In this document: one piece after another, positions 28,050 through 40,700 of the stretch
How positions within the stretch are numbered: position 1 is the first letter of the stretch
Layout: each line of letters starts with the position of its first letter
Assembly: GCA_030141605.1 (NCBI GenBank)
Contig: JAQGDQ010000285.1
Span: 235,825-299,824, forward strand
Source: Tubiluchus corallicola
Taxonomy: Eukaryota; Animalia; Priapulida
Direction of reading: 5' to 3'
Length of the DNA: 64,000 bases
Translations under genes and position numbers: made by a program
Notes under the pieces: generated by a model
Database searches by the model: none
The model's input: only the letters and a program-made list of their open reading frames with translations
What the model was told of the DNA's origin: nothing

Positions 28050-28480
28050 CTGATTCGACGGCTTCACTTAGTCGAGCTTTGCTCGCTGTTTATCTCTCTG
28101 CTTGTCTGTTTGTGTGTCTATCTGTCTGTTTGTCTTGCATCTGTCCGCCCGAGTCGACCAACCGCTATCAGCCAATTTCTAGTTTGTTATCTTGCTTTCC
28201 AGCAGACTAACCGAACCAAACTTTTGATTTTTTTGGTTTACTAGACAAAAACACCATTACAATTACACACAATCGCACTATAGCAAAGAAAATGAAAACT
28301 TTTGCAAATTTACTTTTTGCAAAGTTAATCTCGCCAATTTCAATAATGGACGGAGTTTCCACGTAGTGCTTTTGGGGCTGCTGTTATTACGACATTTTAT
28401 GCTTTTTCGTTTTTTCTCTAGTGTTTTGCTGTGTATTCTGTGCGTAATTACTGATTGTAGCATAAATTATAGACTACAAA
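28050..28480 (+). mobile_element. Possible Helentron-associated (HINE/DINE-like) non-autonomous element
   Basis: Short 5' inverted repeat (TCGAC..GTCGA), a (GTCT/GTTT)n tract at about 28100-28145 and an ACCAAACTT motif. Layout resembles HINE elements; boundaries are uncertain. Confidence 0.35.
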
Positions 28481-28729
28481 AATTGTATTTATAATATTCT
28501 GTATTTTTCATCATTTATTCTTTTCACCTGAAGACTGCTAGTGTATGAAAGGACCTTGAATTTTTCAATGCATTACTAGCATCAGTGAAGATTTCAATGT
28601 TTTTCTTAACATAGTTATTGCAAAAATGCCTATATATGAAAAAGCATTACATTATTCTAAACATTGAACGATATTATGCAGTTATTTTAGTTATTTTGCT
28701 TTCTTATTTGCACAGAAAGTGAAAATGGC

Positions 28730-29335
28730 AGCCACAATGGAGTCCAAAATACATATTATTATAATAGACTAAAACATACGTCGTCAAATGTAGAATTTAG
28801 AGATGATAAATGAAAAGATATGTCGTAGAAAGAATTGCGACGCCAACAACACAAAGTCCCTGTGAATATGAGAATCTGTGACAGCCTACAGGTAGAAGAC
28901 GAAATTCATTTTTGATTTTACTGCTCCTTCTACAACCGGTTATGACAAACTTTTTATTCTGATGTAACAGGCATCAATAGCAACTTCATTAAGTTGAACG
29001 ATAACGAAAAGCTAGAATTCGCAATGGGAGGGTGTTGCGACTGCGATATAACCAAAATAGTCGCCCATTACATTTTTAAGTGTTTTAAAAAGGAATAAAC
29101 AGTACTAACACGTAAATATTGATTCTATTATTTATTATTTTTTAGTGATACGCTAACTGTATATATGCTAAAATTATATGTATATATTTGTTGTATATTA
29201 TGTGTTTTTTGTGGCTACTATAGCTATAATATAATATTTTTGTTTTGTACGCTTATATTTTGTTGTTGTTTTGCTGTATGTATGTTACTATAGAGTAATG
29301 TATATGCCAATAAAATTCTGTCAATAAAAAAAACC
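28730..29335 (+). mobile_element. Degraded 3' end of a non-LTR retrotransposon
   Basis: PVNMRICDSLQVEDEIHF*FYCSFYNRL resembles the C-terminal R.C..C..VEDE.HF...C..Y..R zinc-knuckle of LINE ORF2; followed by an AT-rich UTR-like region ending in AATAAA and an A-run. Confidence 0.6.
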
Positions 29336-29553
29336 GTTTTATAGTTGTATGAAAAATGATCACCATTTTGATCACGCAAGCAAAAAAGGTCAGAAGTATC
29401 TCAACATTATCATGACTACAAGTCTTGATATTTTCAAAAAAGGACCCGAAAATGGATTTTAATTGCACAGGCCAATAGAGTTGTTATTGTTAATTATCTT
29501 TAGAATGATAATTGTTAATTAAGTTCACTGAAGTATATTTATATTACACTTAC

Positions 29554-29728
29554 CACATTTTGGATAAGTTACAATAAAGATGTCATCATCTCGTATATTC
29601 AGCGCTTCTATTGCTGGCAAGAATGGCACCATCCACGAGATAAGGTAGATATCTTTGTATGGTACAATAATGTCTTCTTCCCTTTTCCACCTGAACAAAA
29701 AATTAACAAACTTCCACATTAAATCCAT
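29554..29728 (-). CDS. Alternative first coding exon (A) of the sulfotransferase
   Basis: MDLMWKFVNFLFRWKREEDIIVPYKDIYLISWMVPFLPAIEALNIRDDDIFIVTYPKC-G followed by a phase-1 GTAAGT donor, compatible with the acceptor before 24715. No other SULT body exons were seen between it and exon B. Confidence 0.75.
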
Positions 29729-32700
29729 CTGTTTACAGGAATATATTAAAGCGCGAGTCAGTAGTATTTTTGAACAAACTAGACTGACTGCAACTCACTG
29801 CTTGACACTCGTTTAGTAAAGCTCTCAGTTTGCTTCACTTTCATTATTTGCTTTACTGAATGGGTTATCGCACATTAGAAAAACTTTGATAAAAATATTA
29901 TTTTATTCGAAGGCCACTACAAGGCCACAAACCGCTTTTCATATATGCACAAGGCATAACTTGAAATCAAGGTCAACTAGTTTTCTGTAGAAATTTCGTA
30001 ATCTTGCAAGAATTATTTTCTGCGTATGAAGAATGAACTATTTTGTGAACTATTTGAAGTAAAAACCCAAGTAAAAACCTAAGTACAGAGAACTTAATAG
30101 TAGCATTGTAGCCAATGTATCATCGTGTGAGACGGGTACGTACGTTAGGCAATTAGGGACTTATCTTTGATAATGAGGATGAGTACTGGACCTACCTCAA
30201 CCACTTAAATTAAGAAGAACGATCAGCTAGTTTTAAATTTTGGTTTAAACATTTCGTGGATTACCAGTTTGTGGCATTTCTCACTTGTTTGTTGGGTTCA
30301 AGTTACTAGAAAAACACATTAATTTAAATAATTTGCCATGTTCAACGGCCAAAAAGCTGACACACGATCCCATAGGGCAAGAAAAAGAAATTATTTCTAC
30401 GAAGTAATGTGATGTATTTTCACTAAGCTAGTGATTTGCACTGTTTTGTTTTTTCTACTTTTTACAGAATATAACTGCAACCTGATGACCAACAAACGAC
30501 CAGTTAACAAAATGGCAGCTTGTCGTAGTCAGCGCACGAATTTAAATTTTCATAATAAAATTTTCACAGTTTTTATTAAATTTTCATAAATCTGGTGGCA
30601 GCGATAATGACGACTTCGTAATCATCTTTTATGCAATCACCACCAGGTTTCCTGTGACACTCTTTTCTTGTAAACGTGACTGTCCTGTCAGTTTGTCACA
30701 CACTCCGTTGCGCATTTCTCTAACAAGTTTAGACATAGTTGTTTTGCGCTGTCAAGTGGTTTCGTCATATGCAGAACTGATGATGATAACTCTTTATTTG
30801 CATAATATATACATAAATGCAGGCCGAGAATTCTGCACTATAGTAGGATGAAAGTACATATATGCAATACAGTCATCTACAAAACATTTCAGCAGTTATT
30901 ATAATTATGCTCAGTGACATTAACAGAAGTCCTATTTCATTCACTGAGATTATTAGACTACACTAATGCAATACTATTAAAATCGTAGGGTTTTATATAT
31001 GCACGCTTTTCTTATAATGTACAAGAGCTATTGTTAAATCTTACGATGGAACCAGGTAAATTTCTGCCTGAACTATACATATGTACAATTACACATATGT
31101 ATGTTGCTATAGTTTCATCACGCTCCATTGTGAATTCAAGTAGTTTTAGGATTTTTCAAAAGATCATTCTCTAGCAATAAGAATAAGAACAATAGCAACA
31201 TCCAGATGAGGAGTGTCGAGCCTTGACAAAAAATGCACTTTGGGTATTTTAGACAAAGGATTGTCCATAAGTCATTTTGAGGACATCAGGAACATGTGGC
31301 ATATCATGTGTGGATTTTAAAAGTCTACAGCTAAACAACAGGCTACCAGGATCTTGAAATTTTATGTGGAATCTACATATCTTACTGGCTCAGCCCAATA
31401 ATTGTAGGAAACCCGGGAGTGCAACGACCCAATCATTTACCACGGCCAACACTCTACGTCACCCTATTACGTAATGCATGATTTTTGTTACATGGCCATT
31501 GTTACATAATGACTGTTTCACAGCGATGTTAAATTTATCCACTGAAACGTCGAATCCCTATTTCCATTCTGGGGTAATTCTAAAAATAACACTTTAATTC
31601 ATATTTAAAATTCACATTCTTATAACTTATTAGTTACGCGAATTAGTCACTTTATCAATTACACAAATCCATAAAGGACCGTCAGAGTTTTAGCTGTGTT
31701 AGTACACTTTTGAATCCATAGTTAACACAGTTTAGGAGTGCGAATTAGGCCCCGTTGATTTGTAATTTTATCAAATTAGACCACATACAGTAAAGCTTTG
31801 TTATTACGTACAGAAGTTCCAATTCAATGGTGCAACATTCGGTTGTTTCTTTTCATCACTACTGTTATTCAATGACAGATTCCTATATTATAGATATTCA
31901 TATATAAACACATACTTAGAATAAATATAATTTCAGAAGTAACGAATTGCAAATCATTCCAAATCCAGTACTAAACTCTCGTACTGGTAAAACTTAAAAA
32001 ATGCTGAAATAATATTCTTATCAAAACAAGCCGTTTCACTATGAAATCCTCTACGGTTTAGGTTCAGAAACTTTTGGCATACTGCTGCTGCGTGTTTTAA
32101 CACTACTCATTAGTATTAAATAGTTTAATTTAGCACATCACACACCAGACTTACAATAGCAAGAGTTAAGTTATACAGTGAAGCCGGGTACACTGCTACC
32201 AGCCAATATTACATAACAAAACTAGGCAGGCGAGAGCTTAGCTGAAGCACCCGAAGCTGAAACTGTATAAGTACTTGTTAGAGATAATTTTGTATTTTTT
32301 GATGATAGGTTAAACGCGGATTCGACAAAAATGCCTACCGAAATTTCAATTTCTTATCAAAAAAGGTTGACAGAAAGGTCTTACAGACTAGGAAGTAGCT
32401 GTCATCATAAGAAAAGCTGCGTCATTTTTGGACGCAATTATTATCATCATTGTCATCATTACTGTCATCAGCACTGCTAACCGTAATTACAATTCATCAT
32501 AACTTAAACAGTAAAACAACATTTTTGTTCTGTATTGTACCAGTCTGAATTCTAAAAGCTGGCAGATTTTGAAATTTGAAATTTCTTCTATCTTTCACAC
32601 TGAAACTACCTAAATGGTAGTGGCACCATTCTGTTTGTTTTATATAATTATAATACATTTTCCAATTACTTTAAGCTAGGAAAAAAACTGGCTACGCTCG

Positions 32701-32802
32701 CATGCTCATTTCGGTGAATTTGCAAGTTTTTCCACCCATTCTTCCCCACTCTCTTTTGCTCTCTCTCTCTCTCTCTCTCTCTCTTTTGCTCTCTCTCTTT
32801 CA

Positions 32803-33754
32803 CTAATTAACTTAGTGAAAACCTAGCCTCTAGTAATCTTGGATGTCAAATTGCAGATATTTATTACAATCATTTGACATACGCTGACGATACTTGCCTA
32901 TTAAGTATCACGACATGATGAAATGATGTTATATATATGTTATATATATATATATAGATTAGGCAGCAAAATTTGATATTTTAATTAATGTTGACAAAAC
33001 TAAGCTTCTGACTATAACGCCTTCCAATATGAGCAACTTTGAGTTCGGAACAGTTAAGTTAGCTGGATCTGTTATTGAGCCTTGTGATAATGAAAAATAT
33101 CTTAGTCACATCATTTCTAGGGACAACAGAGATGATCTAGATATAATATCGACAAGTAGGCATTTATTACTCTCGGGCAAATAAGCTATGCCGTAAATTT
33201 TACTATTGCACCAATCCTGTAAAAACACGTCTATTCAATACTTATTGTAATAGTTTCTACTTTATAGCCACCTGGCGGTATTTTCATAATTATAATCTGA
33301 ACAAACTTAAAGTTGCTCATAATAAATCAATGCGTAAATTTTTCAATTACCAGTTCGATCACAGTGCCAGGGACATTTCTGTGACGCATAAATTAGTGTA
33401 CTTTGATGTTATTTACAGGAAAAGAATTTACAGCCTGAATACTAGAGTTTCAAACAGTGAAAACTTGTTATGTAGAACGATATTCGGTAGTGATACTTTA
33501 ATTACTTCCAGTGTAAGAAAGATTTGAAGAAGGATATTGTACGTTTAATTTTTTATATTGTTGATATTCATTGATGTAATGATTGAAGCCAACGCGAAAT
33601 GTTATTATTATTATTTTTTTGTAATGTTGTTTACTTTGTGTGCTTGTGTGTTTATTTACTTGTATTTTCGTTGTATATATTTTTAATGTTGTACTAATAT
33701 GATATGAACGAAAGTTTGAAATAAAGAAGTAAATCAAAATAAATCAAAATCAAA

Positions 33755-33756
<2 letters not shown>
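32803..33756 (+). mobile_element. 5'-truncated non-LTR retrotransposon (RT C-terminal half plus 3' UTR), flanked by (CT)n
   Basis: GCQIADIYYNHLTYADDTCLLS..INVDKTK..EKYLSHII..ANKLCRKFYYCTNPVKTRLFNTYCNSFY..W..LKVAHNKSMRKFF, with frameshifts and an internal (TA)n; ends with AATAAA and AAATC-type tail repeats. Confidence 0.85.
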
Positions 33757-33811
<55 letters not shown>

Positions 33812-33831
33812 TTTCTCTCTTTTCTCTTTCT

Positions 33832-33888
<57 letters not shown>
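33757..33888. repeat. (CT)n microsatellite (with a partner tract at about 32750-32800)
   Basis: Read directly. Confidence 0.95.
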
Positions 33889-33891
<3 letters not shown>

Positions 33892-35175
33892 CTAATCATT
33901 TGGCTTTCCCCTTTGAATTTACCAATAAACTACAATTTCTTCAAAAGCATCCGCGTGTAATCTAGAACTGAAAATTGTGCCTTGTTAACGTCACACTGTT
34001 TATTAAAACCTTTCCCATTGAAACAACAATTGACCGCTGAAAAATTGATCATATTCGGGCGGAATAATGTTTTTGAAAAACGAATGCCTATATAGTGGCC
34101 ATCCCTTAAGTGAACACGTATATAAGCAACCTGCCCTTTGCTCCATTATTAATAGTTACACATTGTGGCGAACATTAGTCGTAGGCATCCTAAAACTAAT
34201 GCTGTTGAATCACTATTCAGTCTGCTGTGGGTGTCACTGGTATTTAATTTAGTGCACTAGTACACTACTTAGCTATATCCCTCGCCCCAAACCCAAATAC
34301 CTTGCCTTTGCATGGCTGAACGCACTACCAGTCTGTCACGAAATGTAAACTTCTCTTCGTACATCCAGCGCTATCTGGCTCATAGTGGTCACAAAGGCCT
34401 TTATCTCTGTTGAAATAGTAATAATATACTTGGTCAGGTGAATGAAAGTTCAACTGACATGCTAACAGCAGAGGTGGTTCACTGCATCCTAATAAATCAA
34501 AAGAAATTAAAAGCTGAAATACAATTATTTTTGCATTGCCTACTGTTAAATCTAGAGGGATGCATGCATTACAATTTCAGTTAGATTCAAGTCAAATTAT
34601 AGCATTGCTGTTGGTAAATGTCCATCCACGATAGGGTCAAGCGAGAGAATTATAGTTGATATGGTAGAAAAAGAGAAAGAAAAACTGCTATGAAGACTAT
34701 GAGCAAAGAAAGTTAATAGCTGTCTTTCTGTGATCATTAGGTCTTTTTAACAGTGATGACGCAAGGAAAAAAATACGCACGGAATCGCTGTTATAAAATC
34801 GAATTTTTTTTTGAAAATTTCAGATTTTTCTCGAAATCCATGCAGCAAGAATGTCCATTTCACAATAAAATCGCGCGTTTTTTTTCACGCATCCATTAGC
34901 TGCAACTACTTTGCGAGTTTTACTTGAAATATATATAAAGTCGTTTTAAATCTTCTTTGTTGCTGTAAACACGGGTGCAAAATTTTTTTATTTTCGTCTT
35001 ATCACTATAGCAAAATATTTGTATGTATTTTAACGGATAATAAACTATTTTAAACTTATACTTTAGCGATCCGTTGCTAGATCTGAGACTGTAGGTCATT
35101 TTAAGTAGTCAAACAAAACAATCATCAAAGCACAGGAAAGCAATAGTAAATTAAAAAATATGGAAATTTGTGCAT

Positions 35176-35243
35176 GTCTATTGGGACTCGAACGCAAGAC
35201 CTTTTGCTTTTCGGGAGGTATGTTAGCCATTACATTGCAGAGG
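35176..35243 (-). mobile_element. tRNA-derived SINE head or tRNA pseudogene
   Basis: Minus strand reads TGCAATGTAATGGCTA (A-box-like) ... GCGTTCGAGTCCC (B-box) at tRNA-like spacing; no full cloverleaf could be folded. Confidence 0.45.
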
Positions 35244-35424
35244 AGCTCTTTTCTTACTTGCTGGTGCAATCCAGGCAGACGTCTTCGAAGAAAAAATGAC
35301 TGCTAGAAAGACGAGAAAAGCCATTGTAACTAAGCAAACTGTTATAACTTCTCTTACTACCAGACTTTGTATTGTAACACAACTATGGCACTTAGGTTTA
35401 TATATACAGGAAAATCATCGTCTG

Positions 35425-36131
35425 CATTCAACTAGTATAATCATACTTAACAAACTACATTAGTTAATTCTATTAAGGAAGTAATTCGTAACCTGGTATC
35501 ATAAATCTTGATGTCAAAAACACCCAGGGTAAGATTAAAAGTGGACAGTAACACACGGTGCAGTTGTAATCCTGTATCCTGTAATAATTGGGGCAGCATC
35601 ATTTATAGAATCATTTTGTCTGAAAATCTGAGGGCATTTGATGCACTACTTCTAGCAGATGCACCTTGGTAGGGTAGCTTAGAGCTAGAAGCCACACCTT
35701 ACAGACTGTGACGGCTTGACATTTGATCACTTTAATAATTATATGGAATCATTAGTTAGTTCAGTTGTAAAGCCAAGTTAATTGGCGTATGGCGAACAAA
35801 CTAATGATTCCATATAATTATTAAAGTGATCAAATGTCAAGCCGTCACAGTCTGTAAGGTGTGGCTTCTAGCTCTAAGCTACCCTACCAAGGTGCATCTG
35901 CCTGAGGTAGTGCATCAAATGCCCTCAGATTTTCAGACAAAATGATTCTATAAATGATGCTGCCCCAATTATTACAGGATAAAGGATTACAACTGCACCG
36001 TGGGTTACTGTCCACTTTTAATCTTACCCTGGGTGTTTTTGACATCAAGATTTATGATACCAGGTTACGAATTACTTCCTTAATAGAATTAACTAATGTA
36101 GTTTGTTAAGTACCATTATACTAGTTGAATG
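35425..36131. repeat. Long inverted repeat 1: 331-bp arms around a 45-nt core
   Basis: Arms 35425-35755 and 35801-36131 differ at 7 positions; core 35756-35800 is TTAGTTCAGTTGTAAAGCCAAGTTAATTGGCGTATGGCGAACAAA. Confidence 0.97.
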
Positions 36132-36139
36132 TAAAATGC

Positions 36140-36436
36140 CCATGTAAAATGCCATTTAAATCTGATCAGGTTGATCGGCTGGCTTCGCTCGTTTCACTTT
36201 AGCCTGGCACAGTGTCTTTAATTATGTACTAGAAAGCAAGACACGTTATTATTTATATCCCAAACTTAGTTCAGTTGTAAAGCCAAGTTAATTGGCGTAT
36301 GGCGAACAAAGTTTGGGATATAAATAATAACGTGTCTTGCTTTCTAGTACATAATTAAAGACACTGTGCCAGGCTAAAGTGAAACGAGCGAAGCCAGCCG
36401 ATCAACCTGATCAGATTTAAATGGCATTTTACATGG
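36140..36436. repeat. Long inverted repeat 2: perfect 126-bp arms around the same 45-nt core
   Basis: Arms 36140-36265 and 36311-36436 are exact reverse complements; core 36266-36310 is identical to 35756-35800 and in the same orientation. Confidence 0.97.
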
Positions 36437-37718
36437 TCTTGTTTCTAGGCAAACGATCCTAAGCAACATCTTGATTATGTATTTACACGTACCTCTGTGC
36501 TTGCACTCTGTGCAGAACTTGATATCGTGATGTTGCCTCAGTCTCAATATCATACAAACTGTATATCGTACTTTTTTCGTATACTCCAAGAAGACGATAA
36601 CAATCCTGTTTATTGAAATATCAACAAATGTTTGTATTTGGAACTTTGAGCATCCCTGCATCTGTATGGCAGCTAAATAACGCTGAACCTGGCTGACAAA
36701 TGGGTGACAGGAAAAATACTTTTGGATGGCTTTATCTGTGCGCGTAGATGCCTTCCTTGAAGAAGTAGAGTGGTTGAAGGAGTAGAGTGGTTCTAAACGT
36801 AACTAAATCAATGCAGCCCTGCCAGTTTAATGTCCCATCTTACACACTTAGCCTCTAGTGAGTTAAATATAATTTTACCACAGCCGTTCATTATTAGTAC
36901 CAATCTGTTATTGAGTAGTGAATAGAAGGTGGTGCACCGATTAGTTGAGGGATGGAAGTAAAAGCCACGATATATTGTTATCAGTTATTTGTACATATAT
37001 TATGCATCAGTCAGGCCTTAAAATGCCATGGGAATGATCGGAATCTCTTGTGTCATTGAAATGAGAGCTCTTGCAACCAGGCAAAAACTGTAAAGTTTTG
37101 TGTCTTAAATTAAGGACGATTTATACGATGAGAGAGTTGTCTACTGGCAGGAGTTCAGGGATCAGAGATTCTCGTGGATTTTTAGACAGGATTTAGCTGT
37201 TTGCAGCAGTTAGGCAGAAATATAATGCATTTTCTAGTTTTTAGCTGCTGTCTATGTACTTCCAGCACTATTGACTCGGTTTAAGCAGCAACTCTGTGAA
37301 CCACTGCGCTAAAGATCACACGAATAGACAAATTAATAATATGGCACATAAGTAAAAAATTGGGGCTGCTAGTCTATAACAGTGAAATTAATAAGTTAAT
37401 GAACAAATACTCGATAGTCAAAGAAACAGAAAATATGAAAAGGAACTTTAGAAAGTGTATAAGCAAATATCAAAAATTTATTGCTACTATTTCAACATCC
37501 GTAACAGAGGTTATTATCAGAACTAATAGTTTTATAACTCAAGAACAATAATAAAATTTCTCAAGATACTTCCCAATTTCTGATAATTAAACGGTTATGA
37601 TTTTCTTCGAATAATTTGTGAATTTGTTTGTACAATTACATCAGTTTAACAATTTGTTGAGTAGAATGTGCTGGCTTCTAACATTGGACTTGCCCTGACA
37701 GTGCTGGATTTTCCACAT

Positions 37719-40700
37719 TTACCAGAATGGAACAAAAAAGTGGGGATCTGGGTAGTCATAATTGCAGCTGCACTGTGGATATGCCGCCTCATTGCAACAG
37801 GGTGTCACTCGCCAGTTCCGATTTTCATCATCTAGTGGCAGTACATCTCCGAAATCTGGCATACCTCCATTATGTGCTTCAATCACGGCTGCCAGCTCTT
37901 GCAACATAACCTTCTCATCTGGGTCTTCAGGATTCAGAGGCCATTCTTCGGTCGGGTCGATGTCCAGCTTATAGACCAGCGGAGGATCTTGGACGGTTGC
38001 TTCCGGACCCCAGCACTTGAACCGGTCCAGTTTCGTCGTGGGGGTGACTGGGTACCCACCGTCCGGACATTCTGATTTGATCCAATTGGAATCTATTTCG
38101 GACAGCGTGACATAGTGGACTTTGTAATTACCATATCGGATTGCCATCAGTCGCTCTGCACAGTAGAAATAGGTGATTTCTCTACCTGATTCCTGCGATT
38201 CACCTCGTAGTACTGGCAACAGACTGATACCTGAAGGAAATTTGAAAATGATGTTAAGAATTAGCAAATAAAAAGTGACACGAAAAGACGATTATCTGCA
38301 GTGATGTTCATTCATTTCGATTGCTGTTTGTCATATCTAAAAGCCAGAACAAAAGTACAATGATGAGACATTACAAGATTTTAACGGGTAAAGATTTTAG
38401 ACATACCAAATATACCCAAAAAGTGAAATATTGCCAACAGAGCTTAATTGAATGAAAACAGAGCCATTTTCCAGTTCATATAAATTTTTTGAACTATGAT
38501 CTAAAATATACATTTTATTACTTATAACAATTACAAGATGTCCCTGACGAAAGTTCGAAGACTTATTTTATGTGAAGCATTTTTTCAGGAAGCAGGCGTT
38601 TTGGTCCATCTAAGTGTGGCTGGCTTATTGCTACAATAAAAACCTTATTAACGAAATTAGATTAGACATACTTGTGATAACTTTTCCACGTAAGCGATTC
38701 GTAAAAAATATGAGTTTCCTTTCAATATCTACAATGTTGCATTCTAATCAATATCATGTTAGTAGACTTATAAGCAAGAGTTTGAATTGCAATAATTGTC
38801 AAGAAGTAGCAAAATAACTAAATCAAGGTTCGTTATTCGTACCATCATATGTTCTTCCCGCTGGTAGCTGTACATCTATAATATCGGCAATCGTTGGGAG
38901 AACATCCATGGTATTGGCTACAGCATGGGACACTGATCCGGCTTTGATAACGTTTGGCCAGTAGACGATACCAGGTACTCTTACACCTCCTTCAAATGGT
39001 CGACCTTTGTCTCCTAGAATTGAATGCTGAAGTCCATGTTTTAGAAATTTTACAACAGTAAAGTGACAAGTCCTTTACGAAGAGCAACAGTATTGCGTAT
39101 TCACTAGAAACGCAAACACCACCCCTCTCCATACCTTATTATTTGTTAAAAATATTATAATTGTTTCATCTTTGCTATTTTTGCGATTGTTTATTACGCC
39201 AATATAATTCTTCTCTGGCGCCCTCTAGTCATCCAGTTTATTGCTCTGCAATGTGATTAGCTCTGGAACCAACAAGTGCATCCCAGCATTATGACTAAAC
39301 CCTTATAATTGATTTGTCGTTAAAATGAATAAAAAGCACTTGACACCGACAACCATATCACCCAGAAAGCCTGAGAAGGACATCTTCCTAAAATACTGTT
39401 CAAATGAAAGTTTGGAGTATCAAAATATTCAACATAAATAGCAACAATACGAGAAAGATAGACATGAAAACAACCATTATGACGTCATTTTCCATTCAAA
39501 AATTACCACGTAATCCTCCTGTTGATCCTCCTTCTTTGCAGAGGTCCTCCTGCGGTCCATTATCAGACATAAAGAAGATAACCGTTTTCTTGTCAACGTC
39601 ATTTTGCTTTAGAGTATTGATAATCTCCTCCACCTGCCACTGCATTTCCCTCATATTGTCACCATAGAAACCTATCAAAATAAACAGGTCATGTAGATTT
39701 TCTGATCCATCACAATAATGTCAAACTTGTACAAAATCTTTACCATTTCAGATGTTCTCGTCTGCTTCAGACAGTCAGTCAGTAAATCAACCGCTTGTCC
39801 AGTCAGCCACCTAGACAGGCCTCAGACAGTTAGTCAGACTGTAACTAAGTTAGTTGTATTATATACTATACTATACAGTCTATACTATAACCTTAGTTAT
39901 ACAGCCAGTCAATTAGTCATTAATCAATTAATCAGTTAAATAGTCAAAAAACCCAACCAACAACCAACTAACCACCAGCAGGCCATCTAACCAACCAACT
40001 AACTATCAGCTAGCCATCAAACCTACCAGTCAGCGAACTAGCCCACCAACAAATCAACTAGCCAAACAAACAACCAAAACCAACTAACCAACAACAAACC
40101 AACTAATCAACCAACCAACCAACAAACAAACAAACAAACAAACAACCATCCAGCAAACCACTTATCAACTAATCAACCGACCAATTAAACAATCCATTTT
40201 ATAAAACTGAAGTATACGTTGCAGATTTATTTTAGCGATTCAACTAACCGCAACTATACCCACAAACTCAGGTATTGTTGTTAGATTTGTATCAGTATTA
40301 ATTGTATCAACTGGCGTTGAAATACCCACAAATTTAAGCAATGTTGTTAGATCTGTATAAGTGTTAATTGTCTCATCTCTCCTTGAAGAACAAAAAACTC
40401 AGGTATTGTTGTTAGATCTGTATAAGTGTTAATCGTCTCACAACGCCTTGAACTACCAACAAACTCAGGTATTGTTGTTAAATCTGTATAAGTATTAATT
40501 GTTTCACCTCTTCTTGAAGTTCCCACAAACTCAGGCATTGTTGTTAGATCTGCATGAGTGTTGGACAAAGCGTAGTAAAGGAAGAATGGCCTGTCTTCAT
40601 TTTTAGCCTCATTGATGAAGTATTTCGCATCAGCCACAAACTTTGGTGCCATAGTAGTTAGATCAATAGGTTGTTGAACAATTGTGGCATTATCGTAGAG

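Noticed and set aside
31190-31470. CVDFKSL similarity to the Ty3/gypsy RT CVDYR.LN motif
   Set aside because: Single short motif with no supporting upstream or downstream RT motifs.
35756-35800. The 45-nt core as a PacBio SMRTbell adapter remnant
   Set aside because: It does not resemble the SMRTbell sequence as I recall it, and the arms of hairpin 1 differ at 7 sites; other artefact routes are not excluded and are listed under the finding.
36374-36661. 95-aa ORF overlapping hairpin arm Y
   Set aside because: No recognisable motif or splice context; I could not show that the hairpin arms derive from coding or viral DNA.
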